Assembly: GCA_003056205.1 (NCBI GenBank)
Contig: LSNS01000011.1
Location: forward strand, 1-53,871
Reading direction: 5' to 3'
Source: Parcubacteria group bacterium M6-OD1-4
Lineage (GTDB): Bacteria > Patescibacteriota > Patescibacteriia > Patescibacteriales > UBA12465
DNA length: 53,871 bases
The translations under genes were made by a program, and so were the position numbers. Shown piece after piece: positions 20,323 to 30,933 of the stretch. A model generated the notes under the pieces. It ran no database searches, was not told where the DNA came from, and was given only the letters and a program-made list of their open reading frames with translations. Within the stretch, counting starts at the first letter, position 1. Each line of letters starts with the position of its first letter.

Positions 20323-21237
20323 TTATATTGCTCGTAACTTTTTAATTCTTTCTTGAATAGGTGGATGATCAGCTAAAGCCCTGCTCAACCAACCCCTTTT
20401 CTTGCGACCACCAATATCTTTTTTAAAAGGTGAAGCAATATAAAGATGAGCAGTCGCTCGATTAGCTTCTCGGAGAGGTTTCCGATCACCAGCAATTTTT
20501 TCCAAAGCTCGTGCTAAACCTTCGGGATAACGAGTCAACAAAGCACTATCAGCATCGGCTAAATACTCTCGTTTTCGAGAAATAGCAAATTGCATTAAAT
20601 AGGCAAAAAGTGGAGCGAGAATAGAAAAAGCAATAGCGGCAATAAACATCACCGTCCCCAACTGTCCTTCTCCTTGAGAATTGCCTCTTCTTCCCCCACC
20701 TAAAAAAGTCCAATTCCGAAACCAGTCCGCTAACAAAACAACAATACCAACCAAAACTGTCACCATCGTTGCTAACAAAATATCACGATTACCAATATGC
20801 GATAATTCATGACCAATCACTCCTTCTAATTCTGGTTTATCTAAAATCTGGAGTAAGCCACTGGTAACAACTAAAACCGCATGGTTTTTATCACGCCCAG
20901 TTGAAAAAGCATTTAAGGCCGAGTCATTAATAATATATATTTTAGGCAAAGGGAGACCAGCGGTAATACAAAGATTTTCGACAATTTGGTAGAGATCACG
21001 AGCATTATCTCGAGAAACCAACTTAGCTTTACTCATCGCTAAAACCATCTTATCGCTATACCAATAACTGATTAAACTATAAGATAAACTGAAGATAACC
21101 ACAATATATAAAATGGCTGGATTTTGAAATTCATAACTAAAAATATAACCAACAATCATGATCACTATTAAAAAACTAGCCAGTAACCACCAAGTTTTCC
21201 GACGATTAGCATCACTTTGATTATAAAGAGTGGCCAT
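20323..21237 (-). CDS. htpX: Zinc metalloprotease HtpX (M48)
   Basis: NAFSTG, HELSH, ISRKREYLAD and HPP..ERI motifs; next to lemA. Confidence 0.93.
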   Translation of the reverse strand: MATLYNQSDANRRKTWWLLASFLIVIMIVGYIFSYEFQNPAILYIVVIFSLSYSLISYWYSDKMVLAMSKAKLVSRDNARDLYQIVENLCITAGLPLPKIYIINDSALNAFSTGRDKNHAVLVVTSGLLQILDKPELEGVIGHELSHIGNRDILLATMVTVLVGIVVLLADWFRNWTFLGGGRRGNSQGEGQLGTVMFIAAIAFSILAPLFAYLMQFAISRKREYLADADSALLTRYPEGLARALEKIAGDRKPLREANRATAHLYIASPFKKDIGGRKKRGWLSRALADHPPIQERIKKLRAI

Positions 21238-21273
21238 ATATTATTTGATAAGATAAATCAGACCCAGATACTG

Positions 21274-21831
21274 CTAGAATTTTACATCAACGACCTGACG
21301 TTCTTGGTCATTAGCTAATTGAAAGAATTTCTTGGCTGTAAAACCAAGCATTCGACCAAAAATATTAGTTGGGAAAATTTGTAACTTAGTGTTGAAGTCC
21401 CGAACATTACCATTATAAAAACGTCGCGAAGCCATAATCTTATTTTCAGTATCCGTTAATTCATTCTGTAAATCTAAGAAATTTTGGCTTGCTTTCAAAT
21501 CTGGATAATTCTCAGCTAAAGCAAATAAAGATTTCAAAGTTGATGAGAGAGCATTTTCAGCCGCCAATTTTTTCTCAACATTTTCTCCACTGGTCGCCAT
21601 TGCTTGATTACGAGCAGCCACTACTTTTTCAAAAGTACCCTGTTCATGGGCCGCATAACCCTTAACTGTACTTACTAAATTAGGAATTAAATCATAGCGA
21701 CGTTTCATTTGCACGTCCATATCACTATAACTTTCGGCGACTCTATTTTTGAGACGAATTAAACCGTTGTACATTGCCATCATCATTAATAGCAAGATGA
21801 GAACAACAGCCACAATAATCCAAGTAATCAT
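21274..21831 (-). CDS. lemA: LemA family protein
   Basis: N-terminal TM, RRYDLIPNLV, ENYPDLKA and RRFYN motifs. Confidence 0.96.
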   Translation of the reverse strand: MITWIIVAVVLILLLMMMAMYNGLIRLKNRVAESYSDMDVQMKRRYDLIPNLVSTVKGYAAHEQGTFEKVVAARNQAMATSGENVEKKLAAENALSSTLKSLFALAENYPDLKASQNFLDLQNELTDTENKIMASRRFYNGNVRDFNTKLQIFPTNIFGRMLGFTAKKFFQLANDQERQVVDVKF

Positions 21832-21905
21832 ACATTTTTTAACTAATAACTAACAGTCTTAATCTATTAGTTAATAATTTTAATTATTTAATAAAAGCAA
21901 TTTAA

Positions 21906-24900
21906 TTATTTTTCTAAACTTAATAAAATAACTTGATCAGCAAACTTCAGTTCCCGTTGCTGTTGACTACTGACTTGCTCTGGAAGACCGGGCAAAAAAT
22001 CTCGGGCAAGAGTCTCTTTCATAATCGTGGTCTTCATTTCTAATAAACTTTGTTTTAAGGCGGAATCAGAAGTCTGATAATAAATTTGTACTTGATCTTG
22101 AAGAGTGAGCTTATTCTCTTTTCGTAATAAATTAAGAGAACGAATAATTTCTCGCTTTAAACCCTCTTGTTTTAACTCTGGACTTAAAACTGTATCTAAC
22201 TCTACTGTCAATTTGGGGGCTTGAGGCTTAGTAAATAATAAGTTCTGAATATTTAATTCGGCTAATACTAAGTCACGATATTCGGGATCAAGAGGAACCA
22301 TTCCTTGAACAGTTAAGCTAGCGAGCATTTGTCTAATTTTAATCTTAGCCATATCACGCTTTGCTAACCCTAACTCCGCAATTTTTCGGACCATGGACAT
22401 CTGTTGAAGAATTTTTTCTTCCCCGCGCTGTGAACCAAATCGTTGCCAAGTACGTTTAATAAAATTATTTCCCGATAGCTGGTCCGCTGGCCAAGATTCC
22501 AAATGAACTGATTGTTTCTCATCTTTAAAATTAAAACCAGTGGTTTTCTGCCAAATTCTCTCAGCAATAAAAGGCATAAATGGCGCCATCAACTTACTAA
22601 GAGTAATCAGGACGGCTTTGGTTGTTTTTAAAGCCAGAAACTTATCTTCTAGATTATCAGACTTAAAACGTTCTCGACTTCGTCGCAAATACCAGGTTGA
22701 TAATTCATCAATAAAAGCGGTAATCGCCCGAGAAGCTTTCACTAAATCATAAGCTTCTAAAGAAGTAGTTACTTTATTAACCAATAATTTTAACTCTAAC
22801 AAAATCCAACGGTCCAAAACATTTTCGCTAACTTGTTCATTATCTTTCAAATCTTCTTTAACATCTTGATCAGATTCTAAAGCAAACATTTCATAGAATT
22901 TATAAACGTTTTCTAAAATCAAAATATTCTTCCGTAAAGCTTCTTGAACCCCTTTTTCCGAAAAGTTTAAATTTTCCGCTAACATTACCGGAGAAGATAA
23001 TAAATAAGCTCGTAAAGCATCAGAACTATATTTTTCCATAATCACTAGGGGATCAGGGTAATTATGTAAACGTTTAGACATTTTCTTGCCGTCTTCCGCC
23101 AACACAATGCCATTGACAATAACATTACTAAAAGCCCTTTTTTGAAATAAGCCTCCCGCTAAAACATGCAAATAATAAAACCAAGTACGGGTTTGATCAA
23201 TTCCCTCCGCAATAAACTGCGCCGGAAAATTATGTTCAAATTTACTTTTGTTTTCAACTGGATAATGAAGTTCGGCAAAAGGCATTGCCCCAGATTCAAA
23301 CCAACAATCTAAAACATCACTCACTCTTTTCATTTCTCCCTCACATTTCTGACACTTAAAAGTTAGAGGATCAACTTTATCTTTATGAATATCTTTAATT
23401 TCTGTGCCAGTTAATTTTTCTAATTCAGCAACACTACCAACCACCTTCCGCGCTCCACAAGAAGTACACTCCCAAATGGGAATAACACTGGCCCAAAAGC
23501 GTTGACGAGAAATTGACCAATCATGAGCACCCTGTAGCCAATTACCAAAACGACCTTCTTTCACATAGCTGGGCGACCAATTAATACCCTTGGCAGTCTT
23601 TAGTAACTCTTTCTTGATCTTCACAACGTTAACAAACCAGGAAGAAGTAGCATAATTAAGCAAAGGGGTTTCACAACGCCAACAATGCGGATAACTATGC
23701 TCATATTTTTCTTTACTAAAAAGAGTTTCATGAGCGGCTAAATATTTGATAATTTCCACATCAGTGGCCTGAGGATTATCCGCTGGCTTAACATGTAAAC
23801 CCGGGAAATCTTTTACTTCTGCTTTAAAAATACCATCCAAACCAACATGCTGAATAAAAGGTAGCTTTTTTTCCTTCCCCAATTTCATGTCTTCCTCACC
23901 AAAAGCTGGAGCAAGATGAACAATCCCAGTACCATCAGTAGTGGTGACAAAATCAGCTAGATACACCTTCCAACCTTGTTCTCTATTTTTTAAAGAATGA
24001 TCGTGATAATAATAATCAAAAACTGGACGATAGGCTCGACCACTTAAATCATAACCTTCATATCTCTCCACAATCTCATAGTTTCCTTCTGGAAAAACAT
24101 GTTCCAAACGTTTTTTAGCGACAATATAATGAGCATCAGCAACCTTGACTTTAACATATTTAATATCTCCGCCAACTGCTAAAGCAACGTTGGCAATTAA
24201 AGTCCAAGGCGTCGTTGTCCAAGCCAATAAATAAGTTCCCGGTTCATCAATTAATTCAAACTTAGCAGTAACTGCTAAATCCTTGACGTCCCAATAACCT
24301 TCAGCAACTTCTGATTGGGATAAAGTAGTTTCACAACGAGGACAAATATGCATTGAACGATAATCTTTGTAAATCAAATCTTGGTCCCATAAACGTTTAA
24401 AAGCCCACCAAACTGAGTCCATAAAATTCAAGTCCATTGTCCGATAAGCATGTTTCATATCAGCCCAACGTCCTAAACGCCGAATAATTTTTTGCCAATC
24501 ATCAACATAAGTTAAAACTTGAGTTCGACACAAATTATTGAATTTTGCTACTCCTAAATCTTCCACTTCTTTTTTGCTTTTTGTCCCTAATTCCTTCTCA
24601 ACAATATTCTCAATTGGTAAACCATGACAGTCCCAACCCCATTTTCGTTCCACATGATAACCCCGCATAGTTTGATAACGCGGAATAGCATCTTTAATTA
24701 AACTAGCAACAATATGTCCATAATGCGGAGTACCCGTCGCAAAAGGCGGACCATCATAAAAAGTATATTCTCCTCGTAAAGATTCTTTTTGTAAAGTTTT
24801 CTGAAAAGTATCAGCCCGCTCCCAAAAATCTAAGACCTCTTCTTCTTGCTGAGGAATGGAAAGCGGAATTATTTTTTTTGTTTCTTCCAGTTTAGAAAAA

Positions 24901-24938
24901 GACAAAGAGCTGTCTATTTGCTGTTTTTCTTCGGACAT
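21906..24938 (-). CDS. ileS: Isoleucine--tRNA ligase, type 2 (archaeal/eukaryote-like)
   Basis: DGPPFATGTPHYGH, GWDCHGLP, WTTTPWTL, DWSISRQR and KMSKR motifs; ATG at 24938 preferred. Confidence 0.97.
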   Translation of the reverse strand: MSEEKQQIDSSLSFSKLEETKKIIPLSIPQQEEEVLDFWERADTFQKTLQKESLRGEYTFYDGPPFATGTPHYGHIVASLIKDAIPRYQTMRGYHVERKWGWDCHGLPIENIVEKELGTKSKKEVEDLGVAKFNNLCRTQVLTYVDDWQKIIRRLGRWADMKHAYRTMDLNFMDSVWWAFKRLWDQDLIYKDYRSMHICPRCETTLSQSEVAEGYWDVKDLAVTAKFELIDEPGTYLLAWTTTPWTLIANVALAVGGDIKYVKVKVADAHYIVAKKRLEHVFPEGNYEIVERYEGYDLSGRAYRPVFDYYYHDHSLKNREQGWKVYLADFVTTTDGTGIVHLAPAFGEEDMKLGKEKKLPFIQHVGLDGIFKAEVKDFPGLHVKPADNPQATDVEIIKYLAAHETLFSKEKYEHSYPHCWRCETPLLNYATSSWFVNVVKIKKELLKTAKGINWSPSYVKEGRFGNWLQGAHDWSISRQRFWASVIPIWECTSCGARKVVGSVAELEKLTGTEIKDIHKDKVDPLTFKCQKCEGEMKRVSDVLDCWFESGAMPFAELHYPVENKSKFEHNFPAQFIAEGIDQTRTWFYYLHVLAGGLFQKRAFSNVIVNGIVLAEDGKKMSKRLHNYPDPLVIMEKYSSDALRAYLLSSPVMLAENLNFSEKGVQEALRKNILILENVYKFYEMFALESDQDVKEDLKDNEQVSENVLDRWILLELKLLVNKVTTSLEAYDLVKASRAITAFIDELSTWYLRRSRERFKSDNLEDKFLALKTTKAVLITLSKLMAPFMPFIAERIWQKTTGFNFKDEKQSVHLESWPADQLSGNNFIKRTWQRFGSQRGEEKILQQMSMVRKIAELGLAKRDMAKIKIRQMLASLTVQGMVPLDPEYRDLVLAELNIQNLLFTKPQAPKLTVELDTVLSPELKQEGLKREIIRSLNLLRKENKLTLQDQVQIYYQTSDSALKQSLLEMKTTIMKETLARDFLPGLPEQVSSQQQRELKFADQVILLSLEK

Positions 24939-25072
24939 AAAGATTATTTTAATTTTCAAGCTTTAATTCTGATAAGATTCTTTCGATATTTTACAAATTT
25001 TACCCTTTAAACTTAACACGAAGAGACAGAAAAATCAAGAATAAAGCCTAATAACACTTATTATAAAAGATT

Positions 25073-25099
25073 AAAAAAATAGACATTTTAAATGCCTAC
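25073..25099 (-). terminator. Putative intrinsic terminator downstream of secA and the hypothetical gene
   Basis: Minus strand reads TAGGCATT-TAA-AATGTCTA (one G-U) followed by T7. Confidence 0.6.
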
Positions 25100-25131
25100 T
25101 CTTTTTAATATGTTTAAAGTTATTTTTATCA

Positions 25132-25842
25132 CTAATTTTTCCGCCGAGCCTGACTATAGGGATGAATATCACCCCAAGGATCACGACCACTTTCATCATA
25201 TTCAATTTCTTCTTCATTGTTAGAAAACTTTTGAGACTGAGAATCCTGAGAAGAGCGTGAAAAAGACGAATGGGGATTTCTTTTTTTTGTTTTGCCTCTA
25301 GCAACTTTGGCTTTTGGCTTATTTTGAAGCTGGGCTTCAGCATCTAAAAAATCTTTATGTAAAACATAAAGACGAGCAATTTCCTGATAAATTTCCTGTT
25401 CGCCATTAGTCGGGTCAACGGTTAGCCAATAAAGCTTCTCCTTCTCTTTTATTTTCTCTTTTCGAGCTGAAGATGATAGACGTTGCCAATCTACCCGCTG
25501 ATCAAATTCTCGATAATCTTTCTTAAATTGTAAATAGCGTTGATGATAGACTTTTAATTCTGGAAGAAATTCTTGAAAGTCTGCTCGAGAAAGATACTCT
25601 TGACGAGTCGTTAATAAGTAATGTAAACGTTCTAATTTTTGTGGACTAAATTTTTTGCTTTCTAATATTTCCAAATTTTCTGTCGGGGCTATTCTTTCAG
25701 AGCTTCTAACTTCGTTGATTTGCTGTCCACCTTTTTCTTTCTCTGCTCGTTCTAGTTTTCGCCCCAACTCTAATTCTGAAGAAGCCTTTTCCTCTTCTCT
25801 TTGATCAAAAATATTAAAAAAATTTAATTGCTTATCAGACAT
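25132..25842 (-). CDS. Hypothetical highly charged protein
   Basis: 236-aa ORF 22 bp downstream of secA, same strand, filling the gap; no recognisable motif. Confidence 0.7.
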   Translation of the reverse strand: MSDKQLNFFNIFDQREEEKASSELELGRKLERAEKEKGGQQINEVRSSERIAPTENLEILESKKFSPQKLERLHYLLTTRQEYLSRADFQEFLPELKVYHQRYLQFKKDYREFDQRVDWQRLSSSARKEKIKEKEKLYWLTVDPTNGEQEIYQEIARLYVLHKDFLDAEAQLQNKPKAKVARGKTKKRNPHSSFSRSSQDSQSQKFSNNEEEIEYDESGRDPWGDIHPYSQARRKN

Positions 25843-25864
25843 ATTCTAAGAAAATATTAAAATT

Positions 25865-28672
25865 TTATTTTCCGTGGCAATGTTTATATTTTTTGCCAGA
25901 ACCACAAGGACAAGGATCGTTACGACCAATTTTTTTGCCACTAGCATCTTTTTCTTTTTCAGGAACTAAATCTAAGGAATCATCGGCCTCACTCTGACGA
26001 TGCATTTGCTTTTCAGCACCACTAAAACTCAATTTCTTCTCCATTCTTTGATTGGCAAAAAGATTAAGACCAGGAGCAGTTGTCAGGCGGAGAGCATCAC
26101 CAGTTTTATAAATAGCATAAACCACTTGTTTGTTAATTAAACCATTTAATTCCTGATAAAGACGATAAGCTTCTTTTTTATACTCCACCAAAGGATCGTG
26201 TTGTCCATAACCCCGCAAACCAATTCCCTGACGTAAATAGTCAATGGTTTCCAAGTGTTCCACCCATAATTCATCAATAGATTTAATTAAAATCCCTTTT
26301 TCAACATCTAAAAATCGCAAATTAGCCCGTTCAAAATCTTCATTCAAAGTTCGATAACGTTGCTCCGCTTCCGTTTGTAGATAATTAATAATATTCTCCC
26401 GTGCTAAATCTTTCGTCTTATAATCTTTTATAAAACTTTCCAGTTTTTCCAAAACTGAAGATTCCACAGTCCAAATAGTTTGAACAGTTTCATAAATTTC
26501 TTTGATATTCCAATCAGCAATATTATCAGCACTGGTATGAAAATGAACTAAATCTTGAATTTCATTTTTAACCATTTCTAAAATAATAGCACTAAGATTA
26601 TCTGTTTCCGAAACAACAACAGCCCCAGAAGAATCAGTAGTTGGAGAAGAATCCTCGGCAGGAGAAACTGGTGCAGAGGTGGTTGGGGTTTGGGTGGTCT
26701 TTTCTTCGGCTAGCATTCCTTCAGAAATCTCAATAATTCGCCGCCGACGATGATAAATCGCTTCCCGGTGACGATTAATGACATCATCATATTCCACTAA
26801 GTGTTTCCGAGTATCAAAGTTATTGCCCTCTACTTTCCGTTGGGCACTTTCAATGGATTTGGAAATCATTTTATTCTCAATCGGCATGTCCGCGGGCACT
26901 TTCAAAGTTTCCATTAAGCGTCGCATCTTATCACCTCCGAAAATACGCATTAAATCATCTTCGGTAGAAACATAAAATTGTGATGAGCCTGGATCTCCCT
27001 GACGACCAGCACGACCACGCAACTGATTATCAATTCGACGAGATTCGTGTCGTTCTGTTCCCACCACATGTAAACCACCGGCTTGACGAACTGCTTCCTG
27101 CTCAGCTTTGAGAGGTGGATTTCCTCCTAGAATAATATCTACTCCACGACCAGCCATATTAGTCGCCAAAGTGATTGCTCCTCGTCGTCCAGCCTGAGCA
27201 ATAGTTTCTGCTTCCTTTTGGTGGTTTTTGGCATTCAACATACTAGGGCGCAAACCCTCTCTCTCCATTAGTTCAGCTAATAATTCATTTTTTTCAATGG
27301 AAATTGTTCCAATTAAAATTGGTTGTCCAGCCTCATGTCGTTTTTTAATATCTTTAATGACCGCCCGAAACTTATCTTCTTCGGTCCGGTAAATAAAATC
27401 ATTAAAATCTTTTCTAATATTTGGTCGGTGGGTAGGGATAACCACAGTTTCTAATTTATAAATCTCATGAAATTCCTCAGCTTCGGTTACTGCCGTTCCG
27501 GTCATTCCAGACAATTTATGGTAGAGACGAAATAAATTCTGAAAGGTAATCGTCGCCATAGTCTGTGATTCTTTTTGGACTTTCACTCCTTCCTTGGCTT
27601 CAATCGCCTGGTGTAGCCCTTCGCTATAACGTCGTCCAGGCATTAAACGTCCGGTAAATTCATCGACAATCATAATTTCATTATCTTTGACCACATAATC
27701 TTTATCACGTTTAAAAAGTACTCGGGCTTTTAAAGCTTGTTCTAAATGCAAAACTTCCTTCACGCCCCCTTCGACATAAATATTCCCAATACCCAAAATC
27801 TTTTCTACTTTATTAATTCCATTCTCTGTAAGAGTTGCCGCCCGCATTTTTTCATCAATATTATAATCTTTGTCTTCTTCTAAATTAGCAACAATTTGGG
27901 AAAATTTAGCATATTTATCAACATTTTCTTCGGCCATTGCACTAATAATTAACGGCGTACGCGCTTCATCAATTAAAATGGAATCAATTTCATCTACAAT
28001 GGCATAGTTTAAAGAACGCTGGACAGCTTGGTCTAAAGTATAAATCATATTATCGCGAAGATAATCGAAACCAAACTCATTATTTGTCCCATAAGTAACA
28101 TCCGCATAATAAGCTTCTCGACGAGGAACGGAACGGAAATGTTTTAAACGTTCATCATACTGATCAGAGTCAGTATATTCTGGATCATAAAGGTAAGCAT
28201 TCTCGTTGACGATTACTCCCGTAGACATCCCTAAAAAATGAAAAACTGGTGCCATCCAACCAGCGCCTAATCGTGCTAAATAATCATTAACGGTAATTAA
28301 ATGAACGCCCTTCTCTTCTAAAGCATTTAAGTAGAGAGGTAAAGTAGCAACTAAGGTTTTTCCTTCTCCAGTTTTCATTTCCGCAATCTCTCCCCGATGT
28401 AAAACAATTCCCCCAATTAATTGGACGTCAAAATGTCGTTGTTTTAAAACCCGCCAAGCCGCCTCCCGAACAGTCGCAAAAGCTTCGGGTAATAAATCAT
28501 CTAAGGTTTTTCCTTTTTTTAGACGCTCCCGAAATTCAACAGATTTTGATTTTATCTCTTCATCACTAAGTTTTTTTAAGGCCGGCTCAAAACTACCAAT
28601 TTGTTCCACTAGCCCTTGCATACTTTTAATTATTTTATCATTCGGATCGGGAAAAAGCTTAAAAATTTTCAT
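25865..28672 (-). CDS. secA: Preprotein translocase ATPase SecA
   Basis: MKTGEGKT, DEIDSILIDEARTPLIIS, ATNMAGRG and QLRGRAGRQGDPG motifs; C-terminal GRNDPCPCGSGKKYKHCH. Confidence 0.98.
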   Translation of the reverse strand: MKIFKLFPDPNDKIIKSMQGLVEQIGSFEPALKKLSDEEIKSKSVEFRERLKKGKTLDDLLPEAFATVREAAWRVLKQRHFDVQLIGGIVLHRGEIAEMKTGEGKTLVATLPLYLNALEEKGVHLITVNDYLARLGAGWMAPVFHFLGMSTGVIVNENAYLYDPEYTDSDQYDERLKHFRSVPRREAYYADVTYGTNNEFGFDYLRDNMIYTLDQAVQRSLNYAIVDEIDSILIDEARTPLIISAMAEENVDKYAKFSQIVANLEEDKDYNIDEKMRAATLTENGINKVEKILGIGNIYVEGGVKEVLHLEQALKARVLFKRDKDYVVKDNEIMIVDEFTGRLMPGRRYSEGLHQAIEAKEGVKVQKESQTMATITFQNLFRLYHKLSGMTGTAVTEAEEFHEIYKLETVVIPTHRPNIRKDFNDFIYRTEEDKFRAVIKDIKKRHEAGQPILIGTISIEKNELLAELMEREGLRPSMLNAKNHQKEAETIAQAGRRGAITLATNMAGRGVDIILGGNPPLKAEQEAVRQAGGLHVVGTERHESRRIDNQLRGRAGRQGDPGSSQFYVSTEDDLMRIFGGDKMRRLMETLKVPADMPIENKMISKSIESAQRKVEGNNFDTRKHLVEYDDVINRHREAIYHRRRRIIEISEGMLAEEKTTQTPTTSAPVSPAEDSSPTTDSSGAVVVSETDNLSAIILEMVKNEIQDLVHFHTSADNIADWNIKEIYETVQTIWTVESSVLEKLESFIKDYKTKDLARENIINYLQTEAEQRYRTLNEDFERANLRFLDVEKGILIKSIDELWVEHLETIDYLRQGIGLRGYGQHDPLVEYKKEAYRLYQELNGLINKQVVYAIYKTGDALRLTTAPGLNLFANQRMEKKLSFSGAEKQMHRQSEADDSLDLVPEKEKDASGKKIGRNDPCPCGSGKKYKHCHGK

Positions 28673-28698
28673 AAACTTTAATAATATTATTACTTAAA

Positions 28699-29022
28699 CT
28701 AAGCGTTTCGTCGCTTCGTGATTAATTTTTCTTTATACTTTTTAATTACTAATTCTAAATGGTCTTTGACCTTGTCAATCGCTTTATATAAATCCTTCTC
28801 AGTTTTTTCGACCCGCAACAAACGTCGGGGAACTTCTAGATTAACTTCAGCCCGAAAGATTTCTCCTTTGCGACGGGCACCGAGAGTCTTTTCAACCTCA
28901 ACATCACAATTAATAACCGGAACATCACCCAAATATTTTTCTAAATAATTCATTTTAAGTTGAAGATAGTCCCGAATTGCTGGACTTAATTCTAATTTAG
29001 TCGCTTTGATATTAATTTTCAT
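28699..29022 (-). CDS. hpf: Ribosome hibernation factor HPF/RaiA (short form)
   Basis: MKINIKA..LELSPAIRDY start and DLYKAID..KYKEK motif; upstream of secA. Confidence 0.92.
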   Translation of the reverse strand: MKINIKATKLELSPAIRDYLQLKMNYLEKYLGDVPVINCDVEVEKTLGARRKGEIFRAEVNLEVPRRLLRVEKTEKDLYKAIDKVKDHLELVIKKYKEKLITKRRNA

Positions 29023-29098
29023 ATAATTATGATAATTCACTTCCCAACTTTCCAAGGCTCTTGATAATATTAGTACCTAATAGAATTAGAGCAGAAAG

Positions 29099-30259
29099 TT
29101 AAAACAAGCGAATAATATCTTTGTAAGTAACAAATAAAATAAGAACCATTAAGAGTAAGAAACCAATATTATGAATTAAATTCTCTGTTTCTCGCCGAAC
29201 AGGTTTTCCTTTAAATTTTTCAATAATCAAAAAGAGAATTCGTCCGCCGTCCAAAGCAGGAAAAGGCAGAATATTAATGACCGCTAAGTTTAAAGAAAGT
29301 AAGGCGGTAAATTGTAAAAGATAAGAAAAACCTAAACGAGCAGCTTGACCAGTAATATTAGCAATACCAATTGGACCAGCAAATTGGGCGGTAACACTTT
29401 GACCACGAAAAAGCTCAGCAACTAATAACCAAAGCGAAATAAAAATCTGTCCCAGAAGCCAACCTGTAGTTTTTAAACCCTCCCAAATTGCCCACCAGAA
29501 AGGATAAGAGACTAAACCAGAATAAGAAATTCCCACTCCAATTAAGGCGCGTTGGCCATTTTTAGCTTGGGGTTCAACTTGAACTGTCTGTTCCTGACCA
29601 CCCCGCTTAATAACTAAAACTGTTTTTTGATTAGCACGGCTAGCTATTACATCTTGAAGAGTTTTTTCGTTTTTAATTTGAATATGATTAACTTCTAAAA
29701 GAAGATCACCATCTTTTAAACCAGCACGAGAAGCCGGAGAATTTGACAGCACTTGAGCAACCATCACCTGCGATTGAGTAATATGGGCTTGCGGACCTAA
29801 ATTACCACGAGATTGAGGCATGCCGATTAAATAGCCCCAAGAGAACAGAAACCAGGCCAGCAAAATATTCATAATCACCCCCGCTGACAAAATCAAAACT
29901 CGTTGCCAAATTCGTTTAGAAGCAAAACTATTAGTCGCTTCTTTTTCCTCACCATCCTCTCCTTTAATTTTCACAAAACCACCGAGTGGTAACCAGTTTA
30001 AAGAATAAACAGTATTTTGTGGACCAGGAATTAAATCTTGATTTCGATTATTCTGTAATTGTTCAATTTTTTTATTCCCCCAAACTAAACGCCCATGTCC
30101 AGCTTGATTTCGATACCAACCAATTGCTCGTGGCGGAAAACCTAAACCAAATTCTTCCGCCTTTACTCCTAAGCGCCGGGCTGTAAAAAAATGTCCCGCC
30201 TCATGAGCAAAAACCAACACTGACAGCACAGCAATAAAAATAACAATCGTAAACAACAT
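29099..30259 (-). CDS. rseP: RIP metalloprotease RseP (M50, PDZ)
   Basis: HEAGH, LPLGGFV, one PDZ (SPASRAGL) and NILPFPALDGG motifs. Confidence 0.95.
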   Translation of the reverse strand: MLFTIVIFIAVLSVLVFAHEAGHFFTARRLGVKAEEFGLGFPPRAIGWYRNQAGHGRLVWGNKKIEQLQNNRNQDLIPGPQNTVYSLNWLPLGGFVKIKGEDGEEKEATNSFASKRIWQRVLILSAGVIMNILLAWFLFSWGYLIGMPQSRGNLGPQAHITQSQVMVAQVLSNSPASRAGLKDGDLLLEVNHIQIKNEKTLQDVIASRANQKTVLVIKRGGQEQTVQVEPQAKNGQRALIGVGISYSGLVSYPFWWAIWEGLKTTGWLLGQIFISLWLLVAELFRGQSVTAQFAGPIGIANITGQAARLGFSYLLQFTALLSLNLAVINILPFPALDGGRILFLIIEKFKGKPVRRETENLIHNIGFLLLMVLILFVTYKDIIRLF

Positions 30260-30367
30260 AAAATTAAATTTCTAAACTAGCTAATAATTAATACGAAATT
30301 TTTATCTACTTAAATACTAAATTCAGCAAACAACAAAGAACAATTTAGCATATTATTCCCAGAAAAG

Positions 30368-30922
30368 CTAAATTTCCATAATGTCTTTCTCTTTGTTATC
30401 ACGAATATTTTTCAATTCTTCATTCTGTTTAGCAGAAAATTCATCCAACTCTTTAATAAAACGAAATTTATCATCTTCGGAAATTTCTTTATCTACAAAC
30501 ACTTTTTCAATAGAATTCTTAATATTATCTCGAACCGCCCGTAAACTAATTCGGGTTTTTTCCATTTTTTCGTTTAATTTCCGCACTAAATCTTGACGAT
30601 TTTCTTCGGTTAGAGGCGGAGCACTTAAACGTAATTTATCGCCTTCATTAACTACTCCTAAATTAAGATCCGCTTCAACAATTGCTTTTTCAATACTCTT
30701 CATAATTTTCTTATCCCAAGGAATAATCAAAATACTCCGAGCATCCGCCACGCTAATATTACTAACCGCATTGAGGGGATTTAAAATGTCATAAGCTTCC
30801 ACCTGAACTGTCTCTAAAATTGCTGGATTAATACGTCCCGTTCGTAAATTATTAATGTCTTGCCGAAAGAAATCTAAGGCTTTATTAAATTCACTTTGTC
30901 CGGCTTCTAGATATTGATTCAT
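30368..30922 (-). CDS. frr: Ribosome recycling factor
   Basis: LRTGR, PWDK, PPLTEENR and ISEDD motifs. Confidence 0.96.
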   Translation of the reverse strand: MNQYLEAGQSEFNKALDFFRQDINNLRTGRINPAILETVQVEAYDILNPLNAVSNISVADARSILIIPWDKKIMKSIEKAIVEADLNLGVVNEGDKLRLSAPPLTEENRQDLVRKLNEKMEKTRISLRAVRDNIKNSIEKVFVDKEISEDDKFRFIKELDEFSAKQNEELKNIRDNKEKDIMEI

Positions 30923-30933
30923 AGAATTAATGA

